A stretch of 64,000 bases of DNA from Heterodontus francisci (Eukaryota): contig NC_090417.1 in NCBI RefSeq assembly GCF_036365525.1, forward strand, positions 2,590,832-2,654,831, in the 5' to 3' direction. A model generated the notes under the pieces. That model saw only the letters and a program-made list of their open reading frames with translations. It searched no databases and was not told where the DNA came from. Both the position numbers and the translations under genes were made by a program. Every line of letters starts with the position of its first letter. Position 1 is the stretch's first letter. Below, in pieces: positions 25,293 to 38,398 of this stretch.

Positions 25293-28200
25293 CGTGGTGG
25301 AAGAAACGTTAGCTGACTGTACCAAATTGAATCAATAGATGACAGTATTTGAAGGCCAAAGGTGGTGTCCCAGTCTTGAAGACAAGTTGCAGAGAATGCA
25401 GGTTTACAGCAGAACCAACCAGTTCAGTATTGCCCACTAAGATTTCAGTAAAGTATGTGAAAGTTTCATATTATGTTCACTTGAACTGTGAAAAACGTCC
25501 AGCAGTACAATTTGACATTGTGCCCTTCCAAATTTGAGCTGTGTCCACAGAAAGGAATTTGAATCATTTAACACAAGAGTAAAGTATGAAAGAGCATCTA
25601 ACTTGGAGAGGGTGGGAGTAGAAAAGTGCTTTTAATTACTGAGACACACTAAAAGTGTTAAAATAATAGCATAAAATGTTGAAAATATTCAGCAAGTCAG
25701 TCAACATCTGAACTGGGAAAAGCCAAGTTAATGTTTCAAGAAGGACTCTTGTCAGAATTGGTGAAGGGTCTACAGGTGAAGCAGTAATCTGTCTCTTTCA
25801 GATGTTCACTGGCCTGCTGTGTTTTACATCTGCAGCACTTTATTTTGTTTCTCCTATAAAGATGTATTGTTTTTCAACTTGACAGCTGAGAGCTAGATGT
25901 GCAGTCAGGGCTCCTATACAGGCAGCAAACAAATGGTTAAAGCTGTGCATACCCAGGCCTCATTCACTAAAAGAACAAGCAGAGCAAATTCTCCTATTGA
26001 TAAGAAATTAAACGTAGTTTCGGTTTATTTTGGGAAGTGTTCTAAGCTCTGAATGTGACTTTAACTGTGCTTTTTGGACTGTTGCCTGTTGAAGTGCTCT
26101 ACTACTACCCTCTACATGTTTCGCATCTACTTCACATTAGTCAAGCTATTGCATCAAAAGTAAAATATGCTACAGGACTTTTTAAAAATCTAATTGCGTA
26201 AATTCACTAACACTTCTTATTAACTTGTTGAAACTCCATTAACAATGTTTGACTGACATCACAGCAAAAATAATTAGGATAAATACACCAAGAAATGTTC
26301 TTTTCTTCATGGTTTGACTGTTGCCCATACACTAAACTTTAATTTCTTTTCATGCTTTTGCTGCTGCCCTGAGCCAACATGGTGATTTTCTCCTGAGCAT
26401 CTGTGATGTTGTAGCGTCTAAGAGATATTCAAGTCAGTGTACTTCTTTCCTCTTCATGATCCTCCATTTGTACCACACATATTCCCCGCCAGGCAGCCAG
26501 CCATAGCGGGTGCAATAGATCTGCTTGAGAAGTCTTACTCACCAACGTTTTGTCTCTCCATGATCTCTGCTTGGCAGTCTATCCCCTCTGCACCTCCAAC
26601 ATCACTATGCGCTAAATGGAGATGCATTTCTGCATCCAACTGCTCTATCACACTGTGTGTAGATTTAGAATAATTAATTATTCAAAATAATAATTCACGT
26701 AAAGCTCAGTGTTAAATGCATGTTTCAATATCACCACACCAGTTGTTGTTTGAACAGCATTATGAAGGTTGCATGAACAAAATTTCTTCATTTGATTGTT
26801 TAATGTAACTGATGGGAGAAGCGGAGCTTGCATGGTTAACAGCTTATATGCTATTTACAAGCTATCAAAAAGTTGCAGCCTTTTGTAAGAATACTTGAAC
26901 AGAATCCCCATCATCAATATAATCCAATACCCTGTTACTTGTACAATGATGCATATAATCATATGTAACATATGTTTGAAAATGATCATAACACATATTA
27001 CATAAGATATATGTTACACAGGGAAACGACTTTAAACATAGGAGTACACAGATGCTACAAAATGCAAAAAGGCAATTCAGCACCACCAGGCCATGTTGGT
27101 ATTTTATCTTTCACCCAAGCAAATACAACTCAGTGGAAGTCCTGGACTCTGCGTGAATCAGCAGACATTAGGCAATGCTAGGTTCTGCTTAGAGATTGCA
27201 GGCAGTAAACATCTCAACAAACAGTTGCAGAAATGTTTTTCCCATTTCAAGTACCGTATCCACTGCCATGTTGGGTAGGACCGATCCATCATAAGATGTA
27301 AAATCAGTCCCAATGTTGTATGAAATTTAACCTTTGCCAAGTTCAGAATTCTGCATTTCAAATTAGCACAGATACAATTCAGCCCCACCTCCAAGGAAGT
27401 CCTGCGGCAATCTCCTGTCATCTTCTTCCCACCTGCTAGCTCTTCTTCACACTATTTTGCATTCATTTCTAAAATGTTTGAGAAAGTTTGGATCTTTGAA
27501 CAAATTTCTGTATATATTATAAATGAGATCAAATGTGTGTGAAAGCCTGTAAAAGATACTAGTAAATAATTGGGTTAGTAGCTAACCAATTTGGCAAATT
27601 CTATGGAAGTGTTCACAAATAACTACTTAAACCAGAACTATCAGCATACCAATGACGTAGGAGTTCATTGGAGCTGTCCACCCGAACTCAAAAACTGCCA
27701 ACTATTCTTGTCAGTTTCAATTAAATTTGAGGCCCCTCTCCCTACACAATCCTCATTTTGTGCCATAACTATGGTTAATTTATGGCGAATAATCAAAATT
27801 GGCAGATAATTGAGAGTCTTGGCAGCCCAACTCCAGTTGATCAAACTCAACAGCTGACCCAACAACCTAAAACTGCTTTCCAGCACTAAAAAAAAGACAC
27901 AACCCATATCCCTGATCCCACTGTAAGTTGCAGTCCAGTGCATGTTCCAAATCCAGTTAAGTGCACCTAACACACCCAACTCAAAGTTGCAGCTCTGCAG
28001 TTAAAAGATGTGAGCCAAACAAAATCTCAGCCTGACTGGAAGTAACAGCCCAAAAGTTTGATAATAAACCCTAATTGGTACTGGTCTAATTTGTGGACTG
28101 TCTTGATAACAAAGACTAGGATGAAGAACAATTAGAGGCTCCAGGTTTCTTGAAACAAACAGAGAGAGACTGATGAGTAATATAACAAATTGAATAAACC

Positions 28201-29190
28201 CAGTTGGACTGCAGTTCCCCTTTAAACCTCAGTGACATGCCTGATAATGCTCCAATACACAAGGTATTGTAGTTGAAAGTGTTTTGCTGGTTCTTACTAA
28301 TTTACTGTGTGTTAGGATCATTTTGCATTTTAATAAAAGAACAATAACTTACCTTTATAACCTTCCTTTACTTACTCCAACACTGTTAGCTCAATCATCA
28401 GTTCCATGTGATGCTTGAATTGCACCAGCATAGTCTGAAAATAAGCCTGCAATTGTACACTAATATCATCATACATCCATTTTCTTTCATTCTAAACTGC
28501 CCTACTTTTAACTCATTGCAATACAATATCTGCTATATTTTAAGAAACAAGATAAATAAACTAGTTATTCCAGAAAGAACACACATTGCATTAGGAGAGA
28601 TGCCACACAATATTACAAATGAGTTACATGTGTTTGCACCAATTGTGCAGAAGCTATGTCCAAGTACTGGTGTAGACAATGTACAGCATTCACAACTTGT
28701 GCGACATGCACTCCCATTAGAGAACCAGGTGGGAGTGTCGTGTTAGCCCCCATTCAATGTATGCCATATAAACAAGAGATAAGAATGATACACACACAGC
28801 CACTGAATAGTAAATGATCGTGAAGCTTTTACCTAGTGTATACTGCACAATATGTAAGGCTGGCAAAAAGTTGGCCACTAAGATTTGTGCAGTCCCTTAT
28901 TGGTTTTGCAATGAGTTCCTAAACATATAACTCATATACTGTATATACACATTTATGAAACAAGCTAAAGGGCATTGTATGGAAAGTATCAGTACAATTA
29001 GCTTAACTTTGGAAAAGGTGTAATAATAAAAGTTGATGTAGCTTGTGCTGTTTAAGCTGACCTATCCATCTGCATTCCTTTGGCCTTGCTAGTTTTACAA
29101 ATAGTATTGATTAATCGTGTGTAATATTTGTATTTAATATTCTATTTTTTATTCATTATTAAATGTCACATCAATGTGTCTTCAAAGTGC

Positions 29191-29196
29191 TTTATT
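29191..29196 (-). terminator. Candidate POLB polyadenylation signal AATAAA
   Basis: TTTATT on + at 29191-29196, about 170 nt past the POLB stop codon. A second one lies near 29148. Confidence 0.45.
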
Positions 29197-29366
29197 TATA
29201 ATACTGCACAAAACCTTATAGAAAGACTGATCTTCTCTACAAATGCATTCTAACTTCATGCATAATATACTAGTCATATATGCGTATACAAAGTTCTTTA
29301 GCGAAGAATTGCAAAATCCTTTACATTTTATATAAAGAGGTTCTGTGGGTGACCCTCAGATGCCAC

Positions 29367-29461
29367 TCACTCACTTCGCTCTCTCGGCTCTCGATATTGC
29401 CAGTCGATGTAATCGAAGATGTCCTTTTCACTTTCCACTGGCAGTGGTTCACCTGGCACTC
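29367..29461 (-). CDS. POLB: DNA polymerase beta, last coding exon
   Basis: Acceptor ctgtAG on the - strand, then 95 nt to TGA. Encodes (G)[30 protein letters not shown], matching the vertebrate POLB C-terminus (human [31 protein letters not shown]). Confidence 0.97.
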
Positions 29462-31109
29462 CTACAGTTAACACACAGCAGGATGTTAATGATACAGATA
29501 CCATTCTACTGAACACTATTAATTTAGGGTGGAGGTGGGCATAGTAAAACAAAACTGTGGACTAAAAATAAAAGCTACTTTAGTGATACATATTTCAACT
29601 TCAATTCCCAACATTTCATATGCATAATTGAAATCAATTAGGTCGATAATTCTTTACCCCCTTAAGGGTGCTGTTAAGACACTGGGTACAGCGCCAAGGG
29701 TGCATTGGCAGACCTGTGGTACCCTACTGAAGTAAGCCACAACAGGCTATTCAATGACAAGGTGGAGGGCGCCACAGCTGAGGCCTGATGTTTGCATCTG
29801 CATTTCCCAGCAAGAATCACAAGACGGTGATGAGGAAATGGACTCTGAGTAATCAGTTACGTCAACACAGATTAGACAACAAACCTGGGTGCTTCATGAT
29901 GTGCAACACTTAGAATGACCCTGGGACTTAGCTTCCAATTCATCAAAGAACCCTAATTATTAAATGATACATCGAACATTGATCTTACCCCACAAATTAA
30001 TGTATTTTTAAAAATATGTATAATCACAGCATGATGTTTCAAGACAAATAAATTGTAAGTTGACATCCAGAAACTGTCCTGTCCTGTGCTCTGATCAGAC
30101 CACAGAGCAGGGTTGATTGTCAACTGTTTTAGACTGGTATTAATGGAGCAGTAACAGCCTCAAAATGGGGTCTGACCCTTACCATCCCATTAACCTGCTT
30201 CTGTAACAGATCCCTCTACCGGAGAGACCAACCGAGTTAAGTGGCAGGAAGAATGCAGTTTACCCACAGCAAACTGCCATCAGCTTGACCATTTACAGTC
30301 AACCAGCAAAAATTCTCTAACACAAGGCTCTTGCAGATTGAATCATCAACCCGATAAATTCATTTTTCCTCCCAAAAAGTCATTGCAAATCATTTACAAC
30401 AACTGGACAGGAAGTGCTCTAAAAAGGTGGATGACTGACAATAATAGGCTGGCTCTTCCTCCTTTTATCGTACAATAGATAGCTGAAAATCACACACGCA
30501 CATAAGACTAGTTGCATGTCAAAGAACAGGTAAGATGAGTGCAGTTGCATTGTTCTGACAGTCTCAGATGAAATATGGGCACCAAAACACTGATGAAGAG
30601 AAGTAAAATGTCCAGTACAACATGGAGGAGAAAAGCAAAAGCAATAGCACAATTCCTTGCTGCCAAAGGTTTTTAAGTCACTTCGTCACTGTTAAGTTTG
30701 CCCTGTTGCCATTCCAGAATTACAAAAAGTGAAGAAACACCGTTAACCAAGAACTCAATTTAAGGACAGCAGGCATAGTCTCCCACTCAGGATCTACACT
30801 TGGTCACAAATCCACATCTCAGATAAATATCTGTCAATGCCTAAAAATGAATCAATAAGTTTGTTGATATTCTTTTCACAGCCTAAACAAAATCTTAAAA
30901 ATATCACAGTGTTCCCCTAATTGCTAAATGTGAAATGGTACCAGCCAATGTGGAACCACTAAATCTTAAATTTCATCTCCAATTTGCTGAGCTAGTGCAT
31001 CTTAGCCAGAGCTGCAGTTGGAGGTGCTATAAATGACCTAAATGGCCTTACAAGGCTAGACATTAAAAAAAACATTGTTTTCCACTTCTGATGGCCTCTT
31101 TGGAAACTA

Positions 31110-34060
31110 GGGCCGGAATTTTACCTACCGTAATCGGGTCAGTTTGGAGGCGTCCGGGTGGTGAAATGGCATCCAATGACAGTGGGCCGGGGCCCCGGCG
31201 TCATCACGCATAGACGCCATTTCACGACCCAGGAGGTTGGGCGTGATCGAGTCGCCGCTCGCCCGCAAGTAATTTCAAGGTTATTAAAGTAGTTGACAAC
31301 CCAATTGATGGCAAATTTACGAGGGCCGTCTGATTTTACGGCCGTAAATCGGGTCACTGATTGTGTCGGAGACCCGGCAACTTTAAAAGGGCGGAAGGCA
31401 GGCAATCAATAAAGGTGTTGGAGGTAAAGCTTTGGTGTTGCTTATCTGTGAGAGTTTTTGTGTGTTATATAAATTGTAGACATTTGTAGCTTCTGCAGAG
31501 GGCTCCAACTGAGTCTGACTCACTACAGCTCGGGACCTATCTGTTCTGAGTCAGTGAGTGGAAGGAAGGGGGTTATGTGTGCCTGTCCTGACAGCTGGAA
31601 CTTAAGGAATTTTGTCACTGAATCTGGTAACCAGTCCAACGATGGGAATTGTGCATTCTGGAGGCAGCTCTTCGGAGGAGGACCATGCCCCAATCAGGGG
31701 CAAAAGGACAGATGGGAGGGAGAGCAGGTGGCAGAGTCAGGCAAGAGCGAACACACATCAGGAGACGCGGCTACCCAACAGGTAGGGTGTACTGGCTGCA
31801 TCTGAGCTATTTACACCTGTCGGAACGTCAGAAGGCGGCTGCGTCTGCCACTTGAGACTGGGACATTTCTTTGTGAGATGCTGGCAGCGGATGTAACCTC
31901 AAACTGCCTCGGTGGCCATCCAATGCCAGTCACTCTAAAGGTGACCATCGCCTTAACTTTTATACGTGTAGCTCTTTCCAGGCTTCGACGGCAGACTTGT
32001 GCGGAGTCTCCCAAGCAGCTACGCACCAGTGCATAAAGTTTGTGACTGATGCATTGTTCAGTCGGGGCAACAGTTTCATTTATTTCAGAACAGACACCAC
32101 CAGCCAGGCTGAAAGAGCAAGAGGATTCAGTGCAATAGCTGGGTTCCCAATGGTTCAGGGCATGATAGACTGTACACATGTGGCAATTAGATCACCAGCA
32201 GGTCATTTATTAAACGTTCAGCTTATATGCGATCATCGGAAGAGAATCATGCAGGTTCGTGCATGGTACCCAGCAAGTTGCCACAATGCATACATTCTCA
32301 GAAACTCCCAGGTGCCTGCTCTTTTCAGTCCCCCAGACAGACTGGAAGGTTGGATACTTGGCGACAGGGGTTATCCTTTGAAGACATGGCTGATGACACC
32401 CATGAGAATGCCAAGGGGTCATGCTGAGGAACGCTTCAATGAGAGCCATGCGACCACCAGAGTGACAATCGAACAAACAATTGGCCTGCTCAAGATAAGA
32501 TTTAGGTGTCTGGACTGCTCAGGTGGAGCACTGCAGTACGCGCCAGCATGGATATTGTTGGTCGCTGTGCGTTGCATAACCTTGCAATGGAAAGGGGAGA
32601 CGCCATTGAGGAGGCTCAAGGTAACCGTGAGGCGTCATCAGATGAAGATGGAGTTTCTGGTGAGGACGATGGGCACCACCTACATGATGGCAGGGGAGAG
32701 GAAGCAGAATGTCCTCTGGGATTAAGAGCACGAGAGACCTGGGATGCCCCAATAGACAGGCGTTTCTCTTGAGAGGATCACTACATGCAAAGATTTCACA
32801 TTGTGGCGTGCAATGAGCTATTGTGGGATTCCGAGAGGGGAAAGACATGCACATCCAAGGGAAGAGATCAGATTAAAAACATCATGTCACGATGAACCCA
32901 ACTCAAGTGTGTGACCTCAGCAGCGCAATGATGTCTGATGCTACCTCATGGATGACGTATGCAAAGTTAAATGTTGAAAGCATAGATTTATTTACAGTGA
33001 TCTATGTGCAATTCAGATAAATAATTGGAAGGTAACCCAGTGAACCAGAAGTAATGTTACTGTGATTTCTTAAAATGGTTTCAAGTGCTCTTGCGTGTCG
33101 ATGATGCATCGCCACCAGACTCACCAGAGGCAGGTGGCTGATCGGACTGTTGCCCTGCTCTTTATAACTTTGGTGGACATCCTCTGCCTGCTCTGCCAGC
33201 CGTGCAGGCCGCAACAAATCAGGGTGCTCATGAGAAATATCAGGGACACCCTCTAACACCCTGGGAGTTTGCGGTTGACATGTAACTAGCGGAGGGATTA
33301 AGGGGCTGCATGATGCATCAGGAGCGCCCTGAGAGGAGCTCCCATGTGCTATTGGCTGCTGCCCCTGTGCCCTCCCGAGGCTCGACTGGTTCTCAAAGCT
33401 GACCTCAGCGGGATAAGCAGCCTCAACCTGCCACGTGTATGAGCTTGTACTCTGATGGTCTGGTCCAGGGAGGCTACACTCCCCCGGAGATCACGGATGG
33501 CTTCCAGTACTGGCCCCTCTACTGCAGCCGCCAATCTGTCAATGGAGGATGTCAGGATGGACAAATGCCTGAGAGTTTGCAGCTGACATGTGCTATGGGC
33601 TCGCAGCATCTCAGGCAACTCCACCAGATGTCCATGCACCACATGTTGAACCTGCAACATCTCGTGCTGAATGGATGTTCTCAGAGGCGCATTACCAGCT
33701 TGCAGCTCTGCAACGGCCTGGCCTCCCACAGTCCTCTGGTGGCTGGTCCGGCGACTGTGCTGTGCTAACACCCGTAAGTGATATAGTTTCCACGGAGACA
33801 GTAATTCCAACTGTGGTGGTAATCTCTGCGCTGGTGCTTGGTGAGGTGCGATGATGTGACGGTGCACCCTCTGAGGCGATCTCCTCATCCTCAGAGGGGG
33901 ACTGTTGAGCCCCCGAGAACCCCCTTGGTCGCTGATGTGTTTCACCTGCCCCAAGTCATTGTATTGATACCATTGTCGTGGTATTTTGGGTTCAGTGTTA
34001 GGACTACAATTGCCCACTATCATTATTTCTTGACTATCAGCAGAAGCATGTCTCAAGGTG
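31110..34060 (+). mobile_element. Decayed PIF/Harbinger DNA transposon: HARBI1-like transposase on +, remnant second ORF on -; right end missing
   Basis: Transposase motifs VQGMIDCTHVAI, LNVQLICD, ILGDRGYP and IEQTIGLLKIRFRCL (~31580-32770, frameshifted). Left terminus GGGCCGGAATTTTAC. A convergent ORF remnant at 33349-34056 fits the two-gene Harbinger layout. Confidence 0.88.
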
Positions 34061-35016
34061 AATTAAAGCACTTTTATGTACTGTTGATATGATCAGAAGG
34101 TAGATACTCCAAGCTGATCTGGTACCTTTGAGCAGCCCTGGCAACAGGTTGCCTGCTGGGCAAAAGTAAGGAAGCTAAGAAAATAAAATGACAAAAAAGT
34201 TATGAAGACAGGACAAAGCAACATGTCTGCTGCTTGTCTTTAATTTCACAAAGATAATCAGAGACTTTAAACTAATATTATGAGCATGTGAACAGTTAAA
34301 AAAAGTAAGTGGAAGTGCTGTATTAAGCACATAAAAACCAGATTATCAGTCCTTGCTCAGTATTAAATGTGCTAATCTCAGATCCATTACCAGTGTGACA
34401 TCGGCTTCTGTATTCGTGATGTGGTGACGCGAAAGAGGAAATTGACTAGAATTTCCATTTTTGATCAAAATCTAGACCGGAAGATGATTAGCTTGGTGAC
34501 GATGACCACTGCAGTTGATGGGGTTCAGACATGACGGATGCCCATTTGGAAGAGATACCAGAGGCGAACAAGGGAAGCATAGTCCAGCATAAATCAGTGC
34601 CTTCAGGAGAGGAAAATTCAGTGGAGAAAATGGGGCAAAAATTCAAAGGCAGCATGAGCATAATATGGAGTAAATTTTAAGATTGAGTGCTCCTAGCACA
34701 GAACTGCTTTTAGATGGAAAATCATGTCTGTGAATTAGTCACACCATTTGGCACACCAAAATCCCAAAATGTAATCCTGTCATGCAAGGCTCTGTGCAGG
34801 ACAGTATCAAGGTCAGAAAAAGCAGAACAGCAGAGGAGATAAATCAGGACATAGTGATTGGGTTTGGAGAAGGAGAACAAGATTGAGAGAGATGAGTTCC
34901 ATAGTTTTGAGGTCATGGGCAACAATGTGTTAGAATAATAGATGGTGCGACATGAGGAAATATAGGGTGGAGTAAGAGTGTCTATGTCAATGTACTTGGG
35001 ATTTAGAAGCACTTAC

Positions 35017-35290
35017 CTTCTTCTTTGGCCTCCTTGTCTCGAGAGACAATGGGTAAGCGCCTGGAGGTGGTCAGTGGTGTGTGGAGCAGCGCCTGGAGTG
35101 GCTATAAAGGCCAATTCTAGAGTGACAGGCCCTTCCACAGGTGCTGCAGAAAAATTTGTTTGTCGGGGCTGTTACACAGTTGGCTCTCCCCTTGCGCCTC
35201 TGTCTTTTTTCCTGCCAACTGCTAAGTCTCTTCGACTCGCCACACTTTAGCCCCGCCTTTATGGCTGCCCGCCAGCTCTGGCGAACGCTA
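35017..35290 (-). mobile_element. RTE-clade LINE, short 3' fragment
   Basis: Highly similar to 41892-42160. Encodes C-terminal CSTCGRACHSRIGLYSHSRRC, followed by a GAA-type tail. Confidence 0.9.
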
Positions 35291-36109
35291 CAGTACTACA
35301 GTAACACACATTAATAATAAAGACAAAAGAGAATTGGGATGGAGAGACAAATTAAAATCTTCTCGAGATGGAATGAGGTAAAATAAGAAGTTATGATTAG
35401 GCAATCCAAAGCTTAGTATCTGGCACCTTGTGTATAAGTATGCTGGCACAGGATACAATTATGGAAATTCAGGGTCAATCGCAGCAATTTAAAGAAGTAC
35501 AAATAAAAGTTTCATGCAAAGGGTCTGATATTTTTAATGAGATGTCTGCAGGGTTGGTTTACATTTCCAAATTTATGTAAAGAATATTTTAAGTTTTGTT
35601 GAAACATGACAGAAATTAGTTAAAAAGTTTAATGATGCTTTGACATTATTTCATGCAACACCGACAATACTTGTAAATACCTTCAGGGAAAAAGGCCATC
35701 TTTCAAATCACAAGCCAATTAACAGCAACTTATAATTTTAACTACTTTTGCAACAATACCTAGGGAAGTTAATTCTGTAATGCCTATTTGCACTTTGTCC
35801 CAGGTTTCCATCAGATGTTCCTCCTCGAGAGCCAAGTCCATTATTTTACAAAGGAGCCCTGATACACATTTATACACAGTAATCTATTCCACTGGATACT
35901 GGAGGATATTCTAGTGTTCAAAATCTAGCCTGAAAACAGCTTTTTTTCTGTAAAACCTGACATTTTTCTGCTCTACTGAAGGCTCCAACTCATGATTCCA
36001 TGAACAGTATATTACAGTGAACTGCACAACTGATAAATTCCCATACTTCCAGAGAGGAAACAATATGGATAATACATCTATATTTTTAGGGAATCAAGAT
36101 CCCCAGTGT

Positions 36110-37842
36110 ATATAATCTAATTTTTGGGTAATTTAAGGGGATAAATTAAGGGTAAGTCATGGGAGGGCAGCTCGGCAACGTGGAATGCTCCTCCTGTGCA
36201 ATGTGGGAAGTCAGGGGCACTTCCAGTGTCCAGGGCGAACACGTGTGCAGGAAGTGTCTCCAGCTGCAGCTACTCGAAATCCGCTTCGGATCTGGAGTGG
36301 TGGTTGGAGACACTGTGGAGCATCCGCGAGGCTGAGATCATCGTGGATAGCACGTACAAGGATGTGGTCACACCGCAGGTAAAGACTGCTCCGGCAGAAA
36401 AGGAATGGATGACCGCTAGGCAGGTAGTGCAGGAGTCCCCTGGGTCCATCTCCCTATCTAACAGATTTTCCACTTTGGATACTGTTGGGGGAGATAGCTT
36501 CTCAGGGGAATGCAGCAAGAGCCAGGTCTGTGGCACTATGGGTGGCTCAGCTGCACAGGAAGGGAGAAAAAGGAGTGGAAGAGCTATCGTGATAGGGGAT
36601 TCTATCGTAAGGGGTACAGATAAACATTTCTGTGGCTGCAAACGTGACTCCAGGATGGTATGTTGCCTCCCTGGTGCTAGGGTCAAGGACGTCACGGAGT
36701 GGCTGCAAGTTATTCTGAAGGGGGAGGATGACTAGTCAGAGGTCGTGGTACACATTGGTACCAACAACATAGGTACAAAGAGGGATGAGGTCCTGCAACA
36801 AGAATTTAGGGAGCTAGGTAGCAGATTAAAAAGCAGGACCTCAAAGGTTGTAATCTCTAGATTACTCCCGGTGCCACGTGCTAGTGAGTATAGGAATAGG
36901 GAAGATAGAGCAGGTGGAATGCGTGGCTGAGGAGATGGTGCAGGAGGGAGGGCTTTAGTTTCCTGAATCACTGGGTCTGTTTCTGGCAAAGGTGGGACCT
37001 GTACAAGTTGGATGGGTTGCACATGAACCGGAATGGGACCAACATCCTTGCTGGGAGGTTTGCTAGTGCTCTTGGGAGGGCTTTAAACTAATTTGGCAAT
37101 GGGATGGGATACAGAATGGAGGTACAGGGGGTGATGCAGTCAAATATAAAAGAAAAACTGAGTCAGTCTGGAAGGCAGAGCAAAGAGAGATCTGTTAAGG
37201 CACAAGTGGAAAAATGAAAGACTGGATTTCATCTATTTTAATGCAATTTTAATACTTGTAAGGCAGATGAATCGAGGGCGATGACTAGCACATGGGATTA
37301 TGATATTATTGCTATCACAGAGAGCATCATTGAGGTAGAGACAGAACTGGCAGCTCAATATTCCAGGGTATCGAATCTACAGGTGAGACAGAGGAGGGGG
37401 TAAAAGAGGAGGTGGCATTGCACTGTTGATCAAGGACTCAATTATTGCAGTAAGGAGGGATGATATCTTAGAAGATTCCTCAAATGAGGCCATATGGGTG
37501 GAACTTAAAAACAAAAAGAGGGCAATCACTTGGCTGGGAGTGTACTGCCGGCATCCAAACAGAGATAGAGAAACAGATATGTAGGCAAACCTCAGGGAGG
37601 TGTAAAAATAATAGGGTGATAGTAGGGGATTTCAACTTCCCCAAAATCAACTGGGATAGTCTTAGTGCAAAAGGCTTAAAGGGAGCAGAATTCTTAAAAT
37701 GCATACAGGAGAGCTTTTTGAACAGTACGTAGAAGGTCCTACAAGAGAAGGGGAAGTAGTGGACCTAAATGAAGCTGGAAAAGTGGTAGAAGTGTCAGCG
37801 GGGGATCAGTTCGGGGATAGTGACCAATACTCTGTAAGATTT
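36110..37842 (+). mobile_element. CR1 LINE 5' part: ORF1 (zinc finger plus SGNH esterase) and start of the ORF2 endonuclease; 3' part missing
   Basis: ATG at 36159 leads to ECSSCAMWEV...HVCRKC. Esterase blocks AIVIGDSIVRG and VHIGTNNIG; APE endonuclease motif VIVGDFNFP. Confidence 0.9.
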
Positions 37843-37927
37843 GAAGCAAGTTCAACAATGCCACTGTCCATGCTGTTGGTTAACAAAAGGTCTAAGAGCC
37901 TTTTACTCAATTACACCATCTTTTATG

Positions 37928-38222
37928 GTGCGTCTTTCAGCACACTATTAACATATTGTTTGCCTTTGCTCCATGACCTTTGGTCAGCTGTGTGGTCTTG
38001 TCCAATCTGCACCTTCTCCATTGTTATCTCTTGCCCCACCCCCACCTTACTTGCTTGTAACCTGTGACATTTTTAATATTTGTCAGTTCCGAAGAAGGTT
38101 CACTGACCAGCAACGTTAACTCTGCTTCTCTTTCCACAGATGCTGCCAGACCTGCTGAGTGGTTCCAGCATTTCTTGTTTTTATTTCAGATTTCCAGCAT
38201 CCGCAGTATTTTGCTTTTATAT
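37928..38222 (+). mobile_element. Penelope-type retroelement 3' tail with an 11-bp TSD and a decayed hammerhead motif
   Basis: Flanked by CATCTTTTATG at 37917-37927 and 38223-38233. Its last ~135 nt are the reverse complement of 4908-5045. Confidence 0.65.
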
Positions 38223-38398
38223 CATCTTTTATGATGTTGGAAGGTGAGAAGAATATAATTCTAAAATTAAGGAAAAAAATCAAATATCCTTATTTACTAC
38301 TGAAGCCCATAGAAGTTTAAAAGATGGAGTGTTTGGACAATATTCTGGTACAATTTAAACTGAGTCCTGGTAGGATGTGCTGAAATACCCTTTAGGAA

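Noticed and set aside
31997-32725. Domesticated HARBI1 gene
   Set aside because: It has frameshifts, an internal deletion and a transposon terminus, and it lies inside an intron.
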